The notes under the pieces are model-generated. The model worked only from the letters and a program-made list of their open reading frames with translations. It was not told the origin of the DNA and did no database searches. The translations under genes were made by a program, and so were the position numbers. A stretch of DNA of 64,000 nt from an uncultured Pseudomonadota bacterium (GTDB taxonomy: Bacteria; Pseudomonadota; Alphaproteobacteria; Acetobacterales; Acetobacteraceae): positions 249,092 to 313,091 of the forward strand of contig CAVUWB010000002.1 in NCBI GenBank assembly GCA_963745125.1. Direction: 5' to 3'. This document shows positions 42,779 through 54,494 of the stretch, piece by piece (position 1 is the stretch's first letter; every line of letters starts with the position of its first letter).

Positions 42779-44227
42779 TCACCTGTAGAAATGCGCGACG
42801 ATCATCCGGGGCAGCGTGGCATCCGTCGCCAGGATCGCGGCGAGTGGTGCCAGCCACCAGATCCAGCGGGGCAGGCTTGGCCCCACCCCGCCCGGCAGCG
42901 CAAATAGCAGGACCGGCAGTAACGGGATGAAGTAGCGGCCTTGAATGCCGTCGACGCGATCCATCCCCACAGGTGTCCAGGTCAGATAGAGCGCCACGAA
43001 GATCAGTTCGACACAGCCGAGGATCGCCACCGCCGCCACCGGCACCGTGAACCACCGCTCGCCCGGGGCGCGCGGCTCCGTCACCGTGGCGGTGATCGCC
43101 GAGACGATCGCCGCCGTCCACAGCGTGTAGAGCAGGCGCGGCAGGCGGATCGAAAGCGCGCCGAGAACACCCATGAATTGCAGCCAAAGGGCCGGCAGGG
43201 CCCGCGCATCCGCCGTGAGCGGCAGGAAGGCCGACCACAGGGGGTGGTGCAGCACCACCATGACCTGCGCGCTCGCCACGGCCGACCGGAACAGGCGTTG
43301 CGGGTCGCCGGGCCAGAGCGGACCGGGATGATAGGGTTGCCCAGGCAGCAGTGGGACGGAGACGAGGGCTGCGACCGCGACCGACCATAACAGCCCCGGC
43401 ACGGCGACGAGCGCCGCACCCGCGCCCCGCCGGGCGAGCGAGCGGGCGTCGAACCCGCCCCATTCCACCAGAGGGGGCACCACCAGCGGCAATAGAGCCA
43501 GCGGTAGAAACGGCGGCTTCTGCAGGACGAGCACGGCGAGCGCGGCACAGCCGCACCAGAAGAAGGCATCCCGGCCACCGCCCCCGGCTCTCGTCAGCAG
43601 CGCCACCCCGAGCGCTGCGAGCCCGATCGCCAACCCGTCCTGGCTGACGGAGCCGGCGAGCCAGATCGTCATCGGCAGGCTGAGCGTGACGAGCAGCAGC
43701 AGCCTGCCCCGCCGCGCCAGCAGGAGGGCGAGGGCGCCGAGACAGGCGAAAGCCGCCACATTGGCGAAGCGCGCCAAAATGATGGCCGCGTGAGGTTTCG
43801 CGCCCATCAGAATTGCCGAGCCCAGCCCCAAGGCCGCCGGAATATAGGTGATCGGCGCATAGGCCGCCGTATTGGCGCTGCTGACGAAGCTCGGCTGCGG
43901 CTGCCAGGGAATGCTCCGCACCCAGCCGAGGCGTGCCGCGCGGGTGGCATCGGCTGCCAGCGGCGCGATATCGCCGTTCCCGGCGATCGCCGCCAGCGCC
44001 AGCCCGGTATTGCCGGTGACGCCGGCATCGCGGGCGCCCGTCTCGATGTTCAGCCCGGCCGCCCGATGCCCGATGATCTCGCCATGCAGCAGGCTCGCCG
44101 CCCGCATCACATGGGTCGGCTCGTCCGGCACCTGCCCCGTCGGCACCCGCCAGGCGCAAACGGCCACCAGCGGCATGACGAGAACGAGAAAGGCGAGGGG
44201 GGCGGCAAGCCCTCCGGCACTGCGCAT
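42779..44227 (-). CDS. DUF2142-like polytopic membrane protein (probable GT-C fold glycosyltransferase)
   Basis: PDEPTH after the first TM, Y-x-P-x-x-Y-x-P, SQDG, GIQGRYFIP; about 11 TMs. Confidence 0.75.
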   Translation of the reverse strand: MRSAGGLAAPLAFLVLVMPLVAVCAWRVPTGQVPDEPTHVMRAASLLHGEIIGHRAAGLNIETGARDAGVTGNTGLALAAIAGNGDIAPLAADATRAARLGWVRSIPWQPQPSFVSSANTAAYAPITYIPAALGLGSAILMGAKPHAAIILARFANVAAFACLGALALLLARRGRLLLLVTLSLPMTIWLAGSVSQDGLAIGLAALGVALLTRAGGGGRDAFFWCGCAALAVLVLQKPPFLPLALLPLVVPPLVEWGGFDARSLARRGAGAALVAVPGLLWSVAVAALVSVPLLPGQPYHPGPLWPGDPQRLFRSAVASAQVMVVLHHPLWSAFLPLTADARALPALWLQFMGVLGALSIRLPRLLYTLWTAAIVSAITATVTEPRAPGERWFTVPVAAVAILGCVELIFVALYLTWTPVGMDRVDGIQGRYFIPLLPVLLFALPGGVGPSLPRWIWWLAPLAAILATDATLPRMIVAHFYR

Positions 44228-44287
44228 CGATCGAAACTCCTCGCCTCATGCGCCCGTCATGCGATGGCCGGCCGGGCGTGAGAGCCC

Positions 44288-44454
44288 CTCGTGAGCGAAT
44301 TTGACGTTTGAGTGCCACCCGCCGCGATCTCGTTCTCAAACGTCAAATTCAGAAACTCCACTAGAATCATAGAGTTGCTAGTGATCCTTTGGTTCCGACA
44401 TTTGCCACAGCCGCCGCCGCAGGCGGGATGCAAATGTCGGAACCGGATCACTAG
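44288..44454. repeat. Two-hairpin palindromic intergenic element (family C)
   Basis: Perfect 16-bp inverted repeat GAATTTGACGTTTGAG/CTCAAACGTCAAATTC (44297-44350), linker, then CTAGTGATCC..GGTTCCGACATTTG / CAAATGTCGGAACCGGATCACTAG. Confidence 0.75.
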
Positions 44455-44469
44455 CGACCCCGACGCCCC

Positions 44470-44500
44470 CTGTCATGTTTCAGCAATCTGTCATGTTTCA
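44470..44500 (+). promoter_or_regulatory. Direct repeat CTGTCATGTTTCA x2, Pho-box-like operator
   Basis: 13-bp exact repeat at 44470 and 44488; CTGTCAT is the PhoB half-site; about 110 bp upstream of the ABC permease. Confidence 0.4.
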
Positions 44501-44606
44501 ATAGCAGTAAATGATGGTGACAGGCCCTATCGCGTGGGATAGAGCCCAAGCATCCGAGCGCTTTGCCGCGAGCGGCCCATCAACAATTCAGCCGAAGGCA
44601 CTGACC

Positions 44607-46326
44607 ATGACCGTCCTGGCCTTGCCCGCCTTCGCGAGCGGCCGTCGTGCCCCCAACCTGTGGGATGCGGCTGCCATCTTCTGCGTCCTGGCGATGCTGA
44701 TTCTGATCGCGCATGCCGCGCACGGCACGCTGGCCCCCCTGCCGAAGACGGACACCATCACGCTCGATCCGCGCTGGCTCCCTTATTACGCGCTCAGAAC
44801 GACGATACGGATGTTCGTGGCGCTGGTCTTCTCGATGATCTTCACGCTGATCGTCGCACCCCTCGCCGCGAAAAGCCGGCGGCTCAGCATGATCATCATC
44901 CCGGCGCTCGATATCCTGCAATCGGTGCCGATTCTGGGCTTCCTGTCCTTCACTGTCCTCTTCTTCCTCAACCTCTTTCCCGGCCGGGTCATCGGCGCCG
45001 AGCTTGCTGCGATCTTCGCGATTTTCACGAGCCAGGCCTGGAACATGACCTTCAGCTTCTACCAGTCGCTGACGACGGTGCCGCGCGACCTTGATGAGGC
45101 GACGCGCAGCTTCCGCCTTTCGGCATGGCAACGTTTCTGGCGGCTGGAGGTGCCCTTCGGCATGCCGGGGCTCGTCTTCAACACCATGCTCTCAATGTCC
45201 GGCGGGTGGTTCTTCGTCGTCGCCTCGGAGGCGGTGACAGTGGGCAACACCACCTTTCTGCTACCCGGTATCGGCTCCTACGTGTCCGACGCGCTGCAGG
45301 CGAGCAACCTTCTCGCCGTCTTCTACGCCATCATCGCGATGCTCGTGGTCATTCTGATCTATGACCAGCTGCTGTTCCGCCCCCTCGTTGCCTGGTCGGC
45401 GAAATTCCGCTTCGAGATGACAAGCGGCGGGGAGGTGCCCGACCCCTGGGTGCTCGCCTTGCTGCGGCGGACCCGGCTGTTGCAGATCGTGGGCGACTGG
45501 ATCAGCGATCTCGCGACCGCGATCGGCGGCATGCGGATGCGCCTGCCGATCAACCTCCCGGCCTCCCGCTCGGGGGAGCCGTCTCGCGTGCTCGATATCA
45601 TCTGGATCGCGTTCATCTCCATCCTGGCTCTTCTCGCGGCCTGGCGCATCGCCACTTTCGTTGCCGCATCAATTACATTGGCGCAGTTCGGCGAGGTCGT
45701 TCTCCTCGGCGTCTATACGATGATCCGGGTCATGGCGGCGCTCGTGATCGTGACGCTCGTCTGGGTGCCGATCGGCGTCTGGATCGGGCTCCGTCCCCGC
45801 TGGGCGCGCATCATTCAGCCGATCGCCCAGTTTCTGGCGGCCTTCCCGGCGAACCTCCTGTTCCCGATCGTCGTCATCGTCCTGGTGCGCTACTCGCTCA
45901 ACCCGAATATCTGGCTGATGCCGCTGATGATCGTCGGCACGCAATGGTATGTGCTGTTCAATGTCGTCGCCGGCGCCTCGGCTTTCCCCGGCGACCTCAA
46001 GGAAGTCTCGGCCAATTTCGGCATCCGGGGCCTGTTGTGGTGGCGCCGCGTCATCATTCCGGGCATCCTTCCCTATTACATCACGGGCGCGCTGACCGCC
46101 TCGGGGGCTGCCTGGAACAGCGCGATCGTGGCCGAGGTCGCTTCCTGGGGCAAAACAACGCTGAACGCGGTCGGCCTCGGCGCCTATATCGCCGATGCAA
46201 CCACCGCCGGGAACAGCGTGCAGATCGTCCTTGGCGTCTGTCGTCATGACCGGCTTCGTCCTCACCATCAATCGCCTGCTCTGGCGGCCGCTGCACGCTT
46301 ACGCCGTGCGCCGCACCACCTTCTGA
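44607..46326 (+). CDS. ABC transporter permease with duplicated BPD_transp domains (NitT/TauT type; frameshift near 46240)
   Basis: LDILQSVPILGF, VPRDLDEA, GGWFFVVASE, QWYVLFNV; corrected C-terminus INRLLWRPL ends at TGA 46326. Confidence 0.88.
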
Positions 46327-46354
46327 CCTTCCGCTCCACCGGCAGGAGACGCCC

Positions 46355-47699
46355 ATGGACCAAACCGTGCAGACCGAAGCGCCCCTACTTGTCCGCATCC
46401 AGAAATGCCGGCAGTCCTATCCCAAGGAGTCCTCGGCCGACATCATCATCCTCGACGATGTCGACCTGACGCTCCGCGAGGGCGAGATCGTCGGCCTGCT
46501 CGGGCGGTCGGGCTCCGGCAAGTCCACGCTGCTGCGCATCGTCTCCGGCCTGCTGCGCCCGACGGCGGGCGATGTCCGCTGGCGCGGCCGGCCCATCACC
46601 GGCCCTGTCCAGGGCGTCGCCATGGTCTTCCAGAGCTTCGCGCTGTTTCCCTGGCTGACGGTCGAGGAGAACGTCGAACTCGGGCTGGAGGCACAGGGCG
46701 TCGCCCGGGCCGAGCGCGAGACGCGGGCCGAGGAGGCGATCGATCTCATCGGCCTCGGCGGCTACGAGAACGCCTATCCGAAGGAGATGTCCGGCGGCAT
46801 GCGCCAGCGCGTCGGGCTGGCCCGCGCCCTCGTCGTCCATCCCGACCTGCTGCTGATGGATGAGCCGTTCAGCGCGCTCGACGTGCTGACGGCGGAGACG
46901 CTGCGCACCGACCTGATCGATCTGTGGTCGGAGCGGCGGCTGCCGGTCAAATCCATCCTGATGGTGACGCATAATATCGAGGAGGCGGTGCTGATGTGCG
47001 ACCGCATCCTGGTGTTCTCCTCCAACCCCGGCCGGGTGGCGAGCGAGCTGAAGGTCCGCTTCCCGCATCCGCGCAACCGCCTGGACCCGGCTTTCCGGCA
47101 GATGGTGGACGATATCTATGCGTTGATGACCCGCCGGCCGGTGGAGCATCACAAGGCGCCGGTCGCGGATAAGGGCGCGCCCCCGCCGGTGCAGCCGCTG
47201 CCCGTCGTCGGCACCAACCTCATGGCCGGCCTGATGGAGACCCTCGCCGGCGAGCCCTATAACGGCCGGGCCGACCTGCCGGCGCTCGCCGACGCCTTCC
47301 AGATGGAGGCGGACGAGCTGCTGCCCATCGGCGAAGCCTTGCAGATGCTGCGCTTCGCGGAGTTGGAGGAAGGCGACATCAAGCTCACCGATGCGGGCCA
47401 GCGCTTCGTCGGGCGCGGATACCGACGACCGCAAAGAGGAGTTCGCGGCGGCTCTCCGCGCCCATGTGCCGATCATCAACCAGATCCGCCAGGTGTTGGA
47501 TGAGCGCTGGAACCATCGGGCGCCGGCGCTCCGGTTTCAGGACGAGCTTGAGGATCACATGTCGCCGGACTACGCGGATTCGACGATGCGGACGGTGATC
47601 GCCTGGGGCCGCTATGCCGAGCTGTTCAGCTACGACCGCGAGGCTGACCAGTTCAGCCTGGAGGAGGACGAGGAGGAGGAAGCCCGAAAGACTGATTGA
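46355..47699 (+). CDS. ABC ATP-binding protein with C-terminal AAA-associated domain (frameshift near 47411)
   Basis: [36 protein letters not shown]; C-terminal GRADLP and [10 protein letters not shown]. Confidence 0.9.
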
Positions 47700-47801
47700 G
47701 ACGAGCACGCCGGCGGGTACTCCCCACCCGGCCGCCTCGGGGCGTGGATGACGCGCTTTCGCCTCTCGCCTCGGCGCGGCGGGCTGTGGTAGCCCCGTCC
47801 T

Positions 47802-48971
47802 ATGTCTGGTCCTCAACTCGATCTTACCCGGCTTCGCGCGTCTCGCATCATCTCCGTCGCCCGGCTTGCCTTCAGCCGCCCGGATACGGAGTTCCTCTGC
47901 TTTGGCGAGTCCGACCAGCCGAGCCCGGCGGTGGCGATCACGGCGCTCACAGCCTCTATCGGGCGGGGTGAGACGCGCTACCCCGATGTGCGCGGCCTGC
48001 CGACGCTGCGCCACGCCATCGCCGACTATCTCTCGGGGCTGCATCAGCGCCCTGTGGGGGAGGATCGCGTCGTCGTCACCGCCTCCGGCATGGCGGCGCT
48101 GGCGATCAGCCTCTCGGCCATCGTCCGGGCCGGGGATCGCGTGGTGCTGCATGAGCCCGCCTGGCCCAATGCCGGCAATGCCGCCCGCCTGCACGGCGCC
48201 GAGGTCGAGGCCCTGCCGCTCGATGCGCGGCCTGACGGGCGCTTCCATCTGGATCTCGGCCGCCTCAGCGCCGCACTGGCCGGTGCGCGCTGCTTCATCC
48301 TCAACTCGCCTAACAACCCGACCGGCTGGACGGCGACGCGGGAGGAGCTGCGCGAGATCCTCGCCCTCTGCCGCCGCCACGGCTGCTGGCTGATCTCGGA
48401 CGAGGTCTATTCGCGCCTTGTCTATGACGGGTCGGACGCCGCGCCCTCGATCCTCGACCTGGCCGAGCCGGATGACCGCGTCATCGTCTGCAACAGCTTC
48501 AGCAAGACCTGGGTCATGACCGGCTGGCGGCTTGGCTGGCTCATCGCGCCGCCTGGCGTTCGGGATGAATTGACGGAAGTGGTCGAGATCACCCATTCGG
48601 GCGTGGCACCCTTCATCCAGCAGGCCGGGCTCGCGGCCATCGCCGACCGGGCGACGACAGAGAATTTCCGCGCCCATTGCGGGGAGGGCCGGGCTATCGC
48701 GGCGCGTTTCCTCGCCACGCTTCCCGGCGTGCGCTACGCCTCTCCCGACGGTGCCTTTTATGCCTTTCTCAAGGTCGAGGGCGCCGGTGACAGCCTCGCC
48801 CTCGCCCAAAGGCTGGTCACGCAGCACGGTATCGCGGTCGCCCCCGGCATCGCCTTCGGCGACAGCGGGGAGGGATGGCTGCGCGTCTGCTATGCCGTCG
48901 CGCCTGATCGGCTGACACGCGCGCTTGGCCGCCTGGCCGAGGGGCTGGTCACACGGTCGGCGGCGGCATGA
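47802..48971 (+). CDS. PLP-dependent aminotransferase class I/II
   Basis: NSPNNPTG, SDEVY, SFSKTWVMTGWRLG, GAFYAF, WLRVCYA. Confidence 0.92.
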   Translation: MSGPQLDLTRLRASRIISVARLAFSRPDTEFLCFGESDQPSPAVAITALTASIGRGETRYPDVRGLPTLRHAIADYLSGLHQRPVGEDRVVVTASGMAALAISLSAIVRAGDRVVLHEPAWPNAGNAARLHGAEVEALPLDARPDGRFHLDLGRLSAALAGARCFILNSPNNPTGWTATREELREILALCRRHGCWLISDEVYSRLVYDGSDAAPSILDLAEPDDRVIVCNSFSKTWVMTGWRLGWLIAPPGVRDELTEVVEITHSGVAPFIQQAGLAAIADRATTENFRAHCGEGRAIAARFLATLPGVRYASPDGAFYAFLKVEGAGDSLALAQRLVTQHGIAVAPGIAFGDSGEGWLRVCYAVAPDRLTRALGRLAEGLVTRSAAA

Positions 48972-48981
48972 GGCGGTTCCG

Positions 48982-49671
48982 ATGAGCCTTTGCGCGGTCT
49001 GCGGCGCGGTCGTCCGCCCGGTCTTCAAGGCGCCGGCGCCCGAACTCGCGCCCGATCTGGATTTCCGCCCCGGCGAGCCCGCGCGGTCCACGCTGCGGCG
49101 CTGGGTGACGGAGTGTTCCGGTTGCGGTTCGGCGGCGCCCGATCTCGCCGCCCTCGGCCCGGAGGATGCCGAGGTTGTGCGCGGGGACCCGGAATATGCG
49201 GCGTTGCGCGCCCAGGCGCCGGCTTTCGCGCGGGGCTTTCTGCTCTGGGCGCTGCTTTGCCAGCGCCGCGACGCCGCCTGGGCTGCCGCCGAGGCCCTGT
49301 TGCAAGCTGCCTGGGCGGCTGATGATGCGGAGGAGACGGAATGGGCGGTGGTCTGGCGGCAGCAGGCCGCCGCCATCTGGCCGCATGCCGCCGAAGTTCA
49401 GCCGCGCCTTTGCCTGGTCGATATCTTCCGCCGCGCGGGGGATTTTCAGAACGCGGCGGCGGTGGCCGAGGCGCTGGCGCGGGACGATCTCGATGAAAGC
49501 TCCGCCGCCATTCTCGCTTTCCAGCAGCGGCTTATCGCGGATCGGGAGAGCGGCCGTCAGCTCATGAGCAGCGCGCTGCGGCCACCGGCCTCCCGGCCGC
49601 ATGTGTCTCATCAGCAGGCGCGGCCGGCGCCGGGCGGCGGCCTTTGGCACCGCCTGTTCGGGCGCCACTGA
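48982..49671 (+). CDS. Zinc-ribbon plus helical-repeat protein (DUF2225-like)
   Basis: CAVC...PDLDFRP...CSGC, then LQAAWAADD and DIFRRAGDF helices. Confidence 0.6.
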   Translation: MSLCAVCGAVVRPVFKAPAPELAPDLDFRPGEPARSTLRRWVTECSGCGSAAPDLAALGPEDAEVVRGDPEYAALRAQAPAFARGFLLWALLCQRRDAAWAAAEALLQAAWAADDAEETEWAVVWRQQAAAIWPHAAEVQPRLCLVDIFRRAGDFQNAAAVAEALARDDLDESSAAILAFQQRLIADRESGRQLMSSALRPPASRPHVSHQQARPAPGGGLWHRLFGRH

Positions 49672-49673
49672 GC

Positions 49674-50396
49674 ATGGCGCCGCATAACAGGCTGGAGCGG
49701 GCGGCGGGCGGCCGCGTCGCCGGGCTGGATGAGGTCGGGCGCGGGCCGCTCGCCGGGCCCGTGGTCGCTGCCGCCGTCGTCTTCCCCAAGGGCGTGCCGA
49801 AGCGGCTGGTGCCGCTGCTTGACAATTCAAAGAAGCTCACGGCGGAGCGGCGGCTCGCCGCCTCGATAGCGCTCTATGCCTCCGGCGCGGCCGAGATCGG
49901 CGTTGCCGCCGCATCCGTGACCGAGATCGAGCGCATCAATATCCTCCAGGCGAGCCTGCTCGCCATGCGGCGCGCGGTGATGCGGCTGCCGAGCCTGCCC
50001 GATCTCGCGCTTGTTGACGGCAACCGGCCGCCGGACCTTCCCTGCGCGGTGCGCTGCGTGGTCGGCGGCGACGGCATCAGCCTCTCGATCGCGGCCGCCT
50101 CCATCATCGCCAAAGTGGCGCGGGATCGGCTGATGACGCGGCTGGCGGCCCGCTTCCCGCATTATGGCTGGGAGCGGAATGCCGGCTACGGCACGCCCGC
50201 GCATTGCGAGGCTATGCTCCGCGCCGGCATTTCTCCCCACCATCGGCGCGGCTTCGCCCCCGTGCGCGCGATTCTGGAGGGCGGCATCCTGCCCCCGATC
50301 GCGGATGCGATCCTACCCAAGATCGTGGATGCCGCGCTGGCGGACTTACCGCCCCCGCCGGGTTCCGATATCGTCCTGACCACCGTAGCCTTCTAG
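49674..50396 (+). CDS. rnhB: Ribonuclease HII
   Basis: [41 protein letters not shown]. Confidence 0.95.
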   Translation: MAPHNRLERAAGGRVAGLDEVGRGPLAGPVVAAAVVFPKGVPKRLVPLLDNSKKLTAERRLAASIALYASGAAEIGVAAASVTEIERINILQASLLAMRRAVMRLPSLPDLALVDGNRPPDLPCAVRCVVGGDGISLSIAAASIIAKVARDRLMTRLAARFPHYGWERNAGYGTPAHCEAMLRAGISPHHRRGFAPVRAILEGGILPPIADAILPKIVDAALADLPPPPGSDIVLTTVAF

Positions 50397-50413
50397 AGCT
50401 TTCGCGATGCTGA

Positions 50414-51544
<1,131 letters not shown>

Positions 51545-51558
51545 GAGACTGTTTGAGA

Positions 51559-52266
51559 ATGAGGGATCGGCTGTCGCCTAACCGCGACGCGCGGCCGGCG
51601 GATGAGCCGGTGGATATTCTCGTGCTGCATTATACCGGCATGCAAAGCGCGGACGCCGCGATCGATCGGCTGTGTGACCCCGCCGCCCGCGTTTCGTCCC
51701 ACTACGTCGTCGCCGAGGATGGCGTGGTCTGGCGGCTGGTGCCGGAGGAAGAACGCGCCTGGCATGCCGGCGTCTCCTTCTGGCGCGGGCATGAGACGCT
51801 GAACGGCCGCTCCGTCGGCATCGAGATCGTCAATCCTGGCCATGAATGGGGCTACCGGCGGTTTCCGCCCGCGCAGATGGCGGCGGTAAGGGATCTCTGC
51901 CTCGGCATCCTCGCGCGCCACCCGATCCCCGCGCGCAACGTCGTCGCCCATTCGGATATCGCGCCCGACCGTAAGGAGGACCCGGGGGAGTTGTTCGACT
52001 GGCCGGGCCTCGCCGCCGCCGGCATCGGGGTCTGGCCCGATTTTCCGGCCGCCGTCGGCGATGGGGCGGTGGATGTCGCGGCGCTGCGGGCGGACCTCGC
52101 CGGCATCGGCTATCCGGTGCCCGCGCCATCGGCGGGCGAGGCGGTTTTCGCCACGCTCCTCCGCGCCTTCCAGCGCCGCTGGCGCCCCGCTGGCATCACC
52201 GGCCACGCGGATGCCGAGACCGCACTGCGCGCCTCGGTGCTCAGGGCGGCGCTCTCTGGCCCTTGA
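51559..52266 (+). CDS. N-acetylmuramoyl-L-alanine amidase (AmpD/AmiD type)
   Basis: LVLHYTGM, VSSHY, RAWHAG, SVGIEIVN, HSDIAPDRKEDPGE, AFQRRWRP. Confidence 0.93.
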   Translation: MRDRLSPNRDARPADEPVDILVLHYTGMQSADAAIDRLCDPAARVSSHYVVAEDGVVWRLVPEEERAWHAGVSFWRGHETLNGRSVGIEIVNPGHEWGYRRFPPAQMAAVRDLCLGILARHPIPARNVVAHSDIAPDRKEDPGELFDWPGLAAAGIGVWPDFPAAVGDGAVDVAALRADLAGIGYPVPAPSAGEAVFATLLRAFQRRWRPAGITGHADAETALRASVLRAALSGP

Positions 52267-52297
52267 CCGGGCGTGGCCGCTGTCGCAATCAGCGCCC

Positions 52298-52706
52298 GCC
52301 AGACGGTTGGACGGCCGCTGCCATGCTCGCGAGGGCCTGGTGGAGGAAAGTCCGGGCTCCACGGGAATACGGTGCCGGCTAACGGCCGGCGGGGGCGACC
52401 CCAGGGAAAGTGCCACAGAAAACAAACCGCCCGCGCCGGCGTCGGCCGCCGCGGGCAAGGGTGAAACGGTGCGGTAAGAGCGCACCGCCGCTCCGGTAAC
52501 AGGCGCGGCAGGGTAAACCCCACCGGGAGCAAGACCGAATAGGGGCGGCCGGCGGCACGGCAGGCAACGCGTCGTGACCGCAGGGACATTCCCGCCCCGT
52601 CGCCCGGGTTGGTCGCGTGAGGCGCGCCGCAAGGTGCGTCCCAGAGGAATGGCCGTCCAGCGCCGCGCAAGGGCGCGGACAGAACCCGGCTTACAGGCCG
52701 TCTGGC
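52298..52706 (+). ncRNA. rnpB: RNase P RNA (class A)
   Basis: GAGGAAAGTCCGGGCTCC, GGAAAGTGCCACAGAAA, GGTGCGGTAAGAGCGCACCG, GGTAAACCCCACCGGGAGCAAG, CAGAACCCGGCTTA; P1 GCCAGACGG/CCGTCTGGC. Confidence 0.97.
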
Positions 52707-52783
52707 CCCTTCGATCGGCGCAAAGCCTTGCGTCGCTTGGGGGATGATCGCCGCTCGGAATTTTTCTGCGAGGCACCACGATC

Positions 52784-52798
52784 GAACAAAATGAGAAC
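52784..52798 (+). promoter_or_regulatory. Alphaproteobacterial LexA (SOS) box
   Basis: GAAC-AAAATGA-GAAC matches GAAC-N7-GAAC with an AT-rich spacer, in the rnpB-mraZ intergenic region. Confidence 0.6.
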
Positions 52799-52904
52799 GA
52801 AACATGTCGGCCGGGCGGCCCGACGCGGCGGCCGGAGAAGCTGCGAACCATTTGTTTTCAAGTGAGAATCATGAGTTTTTGCTAAACGGCGGGACCAAAT
52901 TCCT

Positions 52905-52945
52905 TTGACGCCCAGTTACACCCATGATAACCCATGGCATCCCAC
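52905..52945 (+). promoter_or_regulatory. dcw promoter with four MraZ-type repeats
   Basis: TTGACG (52905) -35, 17 nt, TG-n-TAACCC; CCCA at 52911, 52921, 52931, 52941 (TGGG on the minus strand, exact 10-bp period). Confidence 0.7.
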
Positions 52946-53025
52946 GGTGTGGCGGGTGCGGCCGGGTCGCATCCAGTTTTCAAGTCAACGGAGGCGCTTC
53001 GGCCAACGGAGTGAAAGGGGGCCCG

Positions 53026-53526
53026 ATGACGAACTTTCTCGGGAGCCACCTGAACCGGCTGGACGCCAAGGGGCGCGTATCCGTTCCGGCGTCGTTCCGG
53101 AACGCCTTGAAATCGCTGGACACGAATCAGGAGGGGAGCGTCTCGATGATTCTACGCCCCTCCCACAACTACCCCTGTATCGAAGCCTGGCCGAAGCCCT
53201 TCTTCGATCGGCTGGCGCAGTCGCTGGACCGCTATGAGCTGTTCAGCCGGGAATATGACGATCTGGCCGCCGCCATCTACGGCGAGGCCTATCCGACGGA
53301 TTCCGACAAGGAAGGCCGCATCATCCTGAACGAGATGCTGCTGGCCCACGCCGAACTCACTGACAACTGCATTTTCATGGGGACCGGCCCGACCTTCCAG
53401 ATCTGGGAGCCGGCGGCCGCCCGCCGCCGCGCGGCCGAGGCGCGGCAGAACGTCAATGCGCGCGGCCTCACTCTGCCCGGCAACGCCCAAGCCTCTCAGC
53501 CGCAGCCGGGGAGCACGCCGCGATGA
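53026..53526 (+). CDS. mraZ: Transcriptional regulator MraZ
   Basis: [10 protein letters not shown] and DKEGRIIL repeats, FQIWEP; first gene of the dcw cluster. Confidence 0.95.
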   Translation: MTNFLGSHLNRLDAKGRVSVPASFRNALKSLDTNQEGSVSMILRPSHNYPCIEAWPKPFFDRLAQSLDRYELFSREYDDLAAAIYGEAYPTDSDKEGRIILNEMLLAHAELTDNCIFMGTGPTFQIWEPAAARRRAAEARQNVNARGLTLPGNAQASQPQPGSTPR

Positions 53527-54494
53527 CGGCGGCCACGGGCAAGGTGGAGGGCGGCACACATATTCCGGTCATGCTGGCGGAAGTGCTGACCGCGCTCGAT
53601 CCGCAGCCGGGCGAGGTCTATCTGGACGGCACATTCGGCGGCGGCGGCTATACGCGCGCCATGCTGGAGCGGGCGGGCTGCACGATCTGGGCGATCGACC
53701 GCGATCGCGAAGCGATTGCGCGCGGCGCCGTGCTCGCCTCCAGTTTTCCCGGACGGCTGCATCTGATCGAGGGCCGATTCGGCGACCTGCTCAGCCTTCT
53801 CGGTGCGCATGGTGTAGACGGACTCGACGGCGTCGTGCTCGATCTTGGTGTCTCCTCATTTCAGATCGACGATGCCGCGCGCGGATTCAGTTTTCGTATG
53901 GACGGCCCTCTGGATATGCGAATGGGCGGCGAGGGGCCGAGCGCCGCCGACCTCGTGGCGCGCCTGTCGGCCGACGAATTGGCCGATATTCTCTTCAAGT
54001 TTGGGGAGGAGCGGCAGTCGCGCCGTATCGCGCGCGCCATCGTCGCGGCGCGGGCGGAGCAGCCGATCGTCACCACAACGCAGCTTGCCGGCATCATTCG
54101 CGGTGTTTTGCCGCCCGACCGCTCCGGCATCGACCCGGCGACGCGGAGCTTCCAGGCGCTTCGTATCGGCGTGAATGAAGAATTGGTTGAAATAGAGCGT
54201 GCTTTGAATCAAGCGACACGCATACTGCGTCCTGGGGGGCGACTCGTCGTTGTCTCCTTTCACTCGCTTGAGGATCGTATCGTTAAACACTTTATGAACG
54301 ATGCGGCGGGCCAATCGCCCGGCCCATCCCGCCACGATCCGCGCGGCCTGCTGCCGACGGCCGAGGCCCGCTTTGAGTTGGTGACCCGTAAGGCGTTGCG
54401 GCCGGGCACGGCCGAAATCGCCGACAATCCCCGCGCCCGCAGTGCGCGCCTCCGGGCGCTGCGGCGGCTCGCTGTCGAGGAGGTCGCGGCGTGA
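53523..54494 (+). CDS. rsmH: 16S rRNA m4C1402 methyltransferase
   Basis: [50 protein letters not shown]. Confidence 0.96.
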   Translation: MTAATGKVEGGTHIPVMLAEVLTALDPQPGEVYLDGTFGGGGYTRAMLERAGCTIWAIDRDREAIARGAVLASSFPGRLHLIEGRFGDLLSLLGAHGVDGLDGVVLDLGVSSFQIDDAARGFSFRMDGPLDMRMGGEGPSAADLVARLSADELADILFKFGEERQSRRIARAIVAARAEQPIVTTTQLAGIIRGVLPPDRSGIDPATRSFQALRIGVNEELVEIERALNQATRILRPGGRLVVVSFHSLEDRIVKHFMNDAAGQSPGPSRHDPRGLLPTAEARFELVTRKALRPGTAEIADNPRARSARLRALRRLAVEEVAA

